Assembly: GCF_009914755.1 (NCBI RefSeq)
Contig: NC_060927.1
DNA from: the human T2T-CHM13v2.0 reference genome, Homo sapiens
DNA length: 64,000 nt
Strand: one strand, 5' to 3'
Below the pieces are notes generated by a model that was given only the letters and a program-made list of their open reading frames with translations, made no database searches and was not told the DNA's origin. The first letter of the stretch is position 1, and each line of letters opens with the position of its first letter. Below, in pieces: positions 57,742 to 64,000 of the stretch. Both the position numbers and the translations under genes were made by a program.

Positions 57742-59487
57742 TATAAGAAGACTTGAAAAGGAGAAAATGAAATGTCTAGGGGCTTTGGGTCTTAAAGACA
57801 AAAGGGAAGTTCCCTGATTTTCCTCTTTGACTCCCATATATCCTGAATAGAGCATTCCAGAATCTCACCTGGACCAACAATAGGCACAGATTAAAAAAAA
57901 AAAAAGAAAGTCCCAGAAAATCTTGTTCCTTCTAGCCAAAGGACCACAGAAAACCTTTGTGACAACACTTTTTCTACTCCAGCTGAATATCAACGGAACA
58001 ACCAATCCTACATGGTTTCAGTGGGGCCAAATAAGAAGTTGATCTTTTGCCCCATGCATACCCCCTTGGCCCTTCTCCTACCGAGAATGACTGCTAAGAG
58101 AAAAGATGAAATCGGATCCAGAGTCTCATAATATAAAATCCATAATGCCCAGAATGCAATTAAAATGCCACGAACTGGGAAAATCACAACATGAATGAGA
58201 AAAAACAATCAACAGAAGCCAGTATTTACATGAATTGGATGTTGGAATTACAAAATTGTTTTAACAAGCAATTAGGAATTCTCTTGCAACAAATGAAACA
58301 GTAGAAAATCTCCCAAAGGAATAGAAGTTATAAAATAGAGCCAAATGGAAATTATTGAACTGAAAAATACAACCACTAAATAAAAGCTCACTGATGAGCT
58401 CAATAGAGTGAAGATGACAGCAGATAAAATCAGTGAATTTCAGGACAGATCAATAGCAATTACCCAATTTGAACAACAGCGAGAAAATAGACTGGACCAA
58501 AATGAACAGTCTCAGGGACTTGAGGGACAATAACAAAAAAATATAACATTAATTACATCAAAGTCATAGGAGAGGAGAGAGAGAATGGGACTGAAGAGGT
58601 ATTTAAAGATGTATTGTCTGGAAACTCCCCCAAACTGGGTAAAAGGTGTAAGCATACATATTCAAAAGGTTATGCAAACTCCAAATAGAATAAACCTATG
58701 TAAATCCATGCCAAGACACATCATAAATATAATTAGACAAGAAAAAAATCTAGAAACAGCCAGAGAGAAAGGACACATTGCTTATATGGAACAGCAATTT
58801 GAATTACATAGATTTCTCATATGAAATCATGAAGACCAGAAGTAAGTAGCATAGCATTTTTCAAATACTGAAAGAAAAGAACTGCCAACCCAGGATTCTA
58901 TATCCAGTGAAAATATCCATCAGGAATGAAGGAGAAATAAAGGCATTCTCAATGGAAGGAAAACTGTAAAACTGTTGCCTCTAAACCTACCCTTAAATAA
59001 TGTCTAAAGGGAATTCTCTAAACAGAAAGGAAATAAGGAAAGAAAGCTTGGAAATTCAGAAAGGAGAGAAGAACATTGGAATGAGTAAGAAGATTACAAT
59101 TAGAGTATCCTAATTCTCAGACAATTCTTAAATTATGTTTGATAGTTGAAGCAAAACTGGCCTAACACCATCTGATGTGATACCCAATGTTTATGGATGG
59201 AATACTTAAGACAATTATATTTTAAAAGTGTGAAGGGTAAAGGGACCTAAATAGAAGGTTTCTATACTTCAGTGGAAATGGTAAATACTGATATGAGTAG
59301 ACAGTAATAAATTACATATTTGTACCATAATACCTACAGCAACCACTAAGAAAACAATACAGAGAGTTATTCTTAAAAAGTAACTCATAGGAAGGTAAGA
59401 AATGAGAAACAGAGGAATTAGAAAGAGGATGAATAGGAAAAAAATAAACTGGCAGACTCAAGTTTTAATATATCATTAATCACCTTA

Positions 59488-59846
59488 TGTATTAGTCTGC
59501 TCTCTGCTAATAAAGACATACCTGAGACTGGGTAATTTATAAAGAAAAAGAGGTTTAATGGACCCAAGTTCCACGTAGCTGGGGAGGCCTCACAATCATG
59601 GCAGAAGGCAAGGAAAGAGCAAAGGCACATCTTACATGGCAGCAGGCAAGAGAGCATGTGCAGAGGAACTGCCCTTTATAAAATCATCAGATCTCATGAA
59701 ATTTGCTCAGTATCATGAGAACAGCATAGGAAAAACCCACCTTCATGATTCAGTTACCTCCCACTGGGTCCCTCCAATGACACATGGGGATTATGGGAGC
59801 TCAAATTCAAGATGAGATTTGGGTGGGACACAGCCAAAATATATCA
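59488..59846 (-). mobile_element. THE1 (C/D-like) MaLR solo LTR
   Basis: Same family as 35765-36134; TSD cctta/cctga. Confidence 0.92.
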
Positions 59847-59971
59847 CCTGAAATTTAAGTGTTCTTAAGACCATCAGTGTCAAGGCAGAGATTGTTTGAG
59901 TGGATTAAAAAAACACAAACAAACATGATCCAACCGTATGACCATATGCTGACTATAAGAAACTCATTTGA

Positions 59972-60335
<364 letters not shown>

Positions 60336-61238
60336 CTAACATTAATTTTAAAGTAAGAGTGATTCTATTAATACCATATAAAGTCTTCAGGGCAAAGAAA
60401 ATTACTAGAGACAAAGAAAGGGATATTTCATAATGATAAAAGGATCACTTGCATAGAAAAACATTACAATCCTAAGTGTGTTTGGATCAAAATACACAGT
60501 TTCAAAATACACAAAGCAGAAACTGTTAGAGCTGAGGATAGAAATAGACAGATTTACAATTATAGTTGGGACTTGTACATTCCACAGTCACCAGTTGATA
60601 GGCTACTGTACAAAAAGTCAGCAAGGATATAGAAGAGCTGAACAACACCATCAACCAATGAGATTGAAATGACATTTATAGAGCACTCTATCTAAATAAC
60701 AGCAGAATACACGTTCTTCTCAAGCACCTATGGAACATTAAGCAAGATAAAACATCCTGGGTCATAGTAGAAACCTTAAAATTAAATCTTTAAAATTGTA
60801 GAATATAATTTTTGATGAAAATGGAATAGAACAGGAAATTCATAACAGAAAGACAGCAGAAAAATCCCCAGACACTTAGAAATTAAACAGTATACTATTA
60901 AAAAAATACTTGGGTCAAAGAGGAAGTCTTAAAAGAAATTAAAAAAAATACAAATCTGAATGAAAACAAAGATTACATATCACAAGAGGTGGAACAAAGC
61001 TATAGCAATGTTAGGGGAGAAATTTATAGCACTATATACTTACATATTTAAGTTCTCTAATAATTGAAGTTTCCACCTCAAGAAATTAGAAAAAATAGTG
61101 CAAAATAAAACTAAAGCAAGCAGAAGGGAGAAAATAATAAAGAGCCAAACTCAACTAAATTGAAATAGGAAAACAGTAGAGAAAAATCAATGACACCAAA
61201 AGCTGGTTCTTTAAATCAGTAAAACTGATAAACCTCTA

Positions 61239-61575
<337 letters not shown>

Positions 61576-64000
61576 AAAAAGAGAGAAGACAAATCAGCAA
61601 TATCAGGAATGAAACAAGAGACGCCAGTACTGAACCTGCAGTCATTAAAAGGATAATAAAATACTATTGTAAACAACTTTACACTCATGAATTAACGACT
61701 TAGAAAAAAATTGATCAAATTCTCAAAGCCGCAAACTTCCAAAATTCAACCAAGATGAAATAGATAGCTAGACTAATCCTATAACTATTAAAGGAATTGA
61801 GTTGATAATTTAAAAGCACCCTCTCCCTGCCAAAAAAACCATTTTCAGGTCTGGAGAATGCTTTCACTGGAGAATTCTACCAAACATTTAAAGAAGAATT
61901 AATATCAATTTTACACAATCTCTTCCAGAAAAATAGAAGAGTAAGGAAATCACCCCAGCTCATTTTATAAGGCTAGCGTTTCCCTGACAAACCAAAGACA
62001 GTGCAGAAAAAGAACAATATTTCTCATGAACTTACATGCAAGAATCCTCAACAAAATTTCAGCACATCAAACCCAATGATGTATATAAAAAATAATATGC
62101 TACCTGCAAGCAGGATTATTGAGATATGCAAAGCCAATGTAACATCCATGTCAAATCAATCAATGTAATCTACTATATCAACAAGCTGAAAATGACAACT
62201 CATATGATCATATTAATTGACTCAGAAAAGGCATTTGATAAAAAACACCCTTTATAATTTTAAAAATACAAAACTTCTCAGTGCATTGGGAATGGGAAGT
62301 AACTTCTCCAAATTGATAGAGACCATCTACAGAAACCTACAGGTAACATCAAACTTAACAGGGAAAGTTTGAAAGCTTTTCCTCTTAAGATCAGGAACAG
62401 GTAAGGATGTCCACACTGACATTTGACAAAGTGTTAAGTTTTAGTCAGGCCAGGAAAAGAAGTAAAAGGCATACGGGTTACAAAGGAAGAAGTAAAACTT
62501 CCTATTTTCAGATAACATGATTGTGTACATAGAAAATCTCAAAGAATCTACACACAAAAAAATTTCCTAGAACTAATAAGAGAGCTCAGTAAGGTCACAT
62601 ATACAAGATCAACACAAAAACCATCCTATTTCTCTACCTTAATAAAAACAATGAACCTATGGTAACTGAAATTTAAAACATAATACAATTTATAATTGTT
62701 CCAAAGAAATAAGCCTAACAAAACATGTGTATATAGGCTGTATTTGCTGAAAATTACAAAATGCTGATGAAGGAAATCAAAGAAGACCTAAATAATTGGA
62801 GAGACTTACCATGTTCATGGATGAGAAGTCTCCACAGGGTAAAGGTGTTATTTTTTTTCAAACTGATATGTAGGTTTAATATTTATATATTTAATAGTTA
62901 TATATTTAATATTAATATGTAGGTTTAATTTAATATGTATGTATAATAATACCAAACTGTGTTTAGGTTTGATACAATTCCTATAGAAATATCTGCAAGA
63001 TTTGTGTAGAGTATTCTAGAGTTTACCTAGGAAGTCACAGTCCCTAGAATAGTAAGATGATCTTAAAGAAGAATGAAGTAGAAGGAATCAATCTACCCAA
63101 TGTTAAGGCCTATTATATAGTAACAGTACACAAGAGAATGTGGCATTAGAAGAGAAATAGACATATAGATTAATGGAATAGAATAGAGAACACAAGACAT
63201 ATACCCACATACATACACCCAACTGATTTTAGACAAAGGTGCAGAAACAATTCGATGGAGGAAGGATATCTTTTCAACAAATGGCTCTGGAGCAATTGAT
63301 CATTCACAGACAAAAACAAACAAAAAACAACAAATTAACCTTGACTCAAACCTCACAACTGAAACAACATTTAACTCAAACGGATCAAAGACTTAAAACT
63401 ATACAACCATGACATTTTCTGAAAAAAAAAATAGATGTGGGGAGAAAATCTTCAAGATGTAGGGCTAGGCAAAGCGTTCTTAGGCTTTACATCAAAAATA
63501 TAATTTGTAAAAGGAAAATTTGTTAAAATGGATCTCATTAAAATGAAAAAAAAAGAACCAAACCTTTTGCTATGTGAAAGACTCTGTTAACAGGATGAAA
63601 AGATAAGCTACAGATTGAGAGAAGATATTTGCAAAGCAGATGTCCACATGTCCACAAATATATAGAGAATATATAAGTAATTCTTAAAACTCAACAATAA
63701 ACACAATTGAATTTAAAAATGGGCAAAAGCCATGAATAGACATTTTACTGAAGAGGATATACAGATGGCAAGAAAGTACATGAAAAGATACTCAGTGTTC
63801 TTAGCCATGAAGGGAATGAAAATTAAAACCACAGTTAGATATCACTATACCTATCAGAGTAACTAGAATAAAAAATAAAAAGAATAAAAACAGCAAATAT
63901 TGGGGAGGATGTGGAGAAACAGGATCACTCACACATTGCTGTGGGAATGTAAAATAGCACAGGCACTCTGGAAGACAGTTTGACAGTTTCTTCTAAAACT

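Noticed and set aside
62866-62970. AT-rich local duplication (atatgtaggtttaat twice) within L1
   Set aside because: Ordinary slippage in a decayed L1.

Overview
Primate (almost certainly human) genomic DNA from inside CACNA2D3 (voltage-gated Ca2+ channel alpha2delta-3 subunit), transcribed on the + strand. Four internal coding exons (36789-36920, 43784-43844, 43943-44093, 55792-55866; 419 nt, probably exons 6-9) have canonical AG/GT boundaries and splice into one frame: [16 protein letters not shown]...[14 protein letters not shown]...[28 protein letters not shown]...[31 protein letters not shown]. This includes the VWA MIDAS motif DxSxS. The rest is intron, dense in Alu, L1, L2, MIR, LTR (LTR5, MLT1, MLT2A, THE1, MER4A) and DNA-transposon (MER5A, MER94, MER3, Tigger4) relics. 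Nearly all ORF-track entries are spurious or repeat-derived. I found no convincing novel biological system. The best leads are: (1) a strictly polarised inverted-Alu arrangement around the exon block, which could promote circRNA; (2) an oddly truncated HERV-K LTR nested in an L1; (3) two repeat-free motif clusters and a CpG-rich MIR as candidate enhancers; (4) a possible intronic polyadenylation isoform after the last exon; (5) ancient CR1 and RTE-like fossils. Repeat subfamily calls come from recalled consensus features, and boundaries are approximate unless a TSD is quoted.
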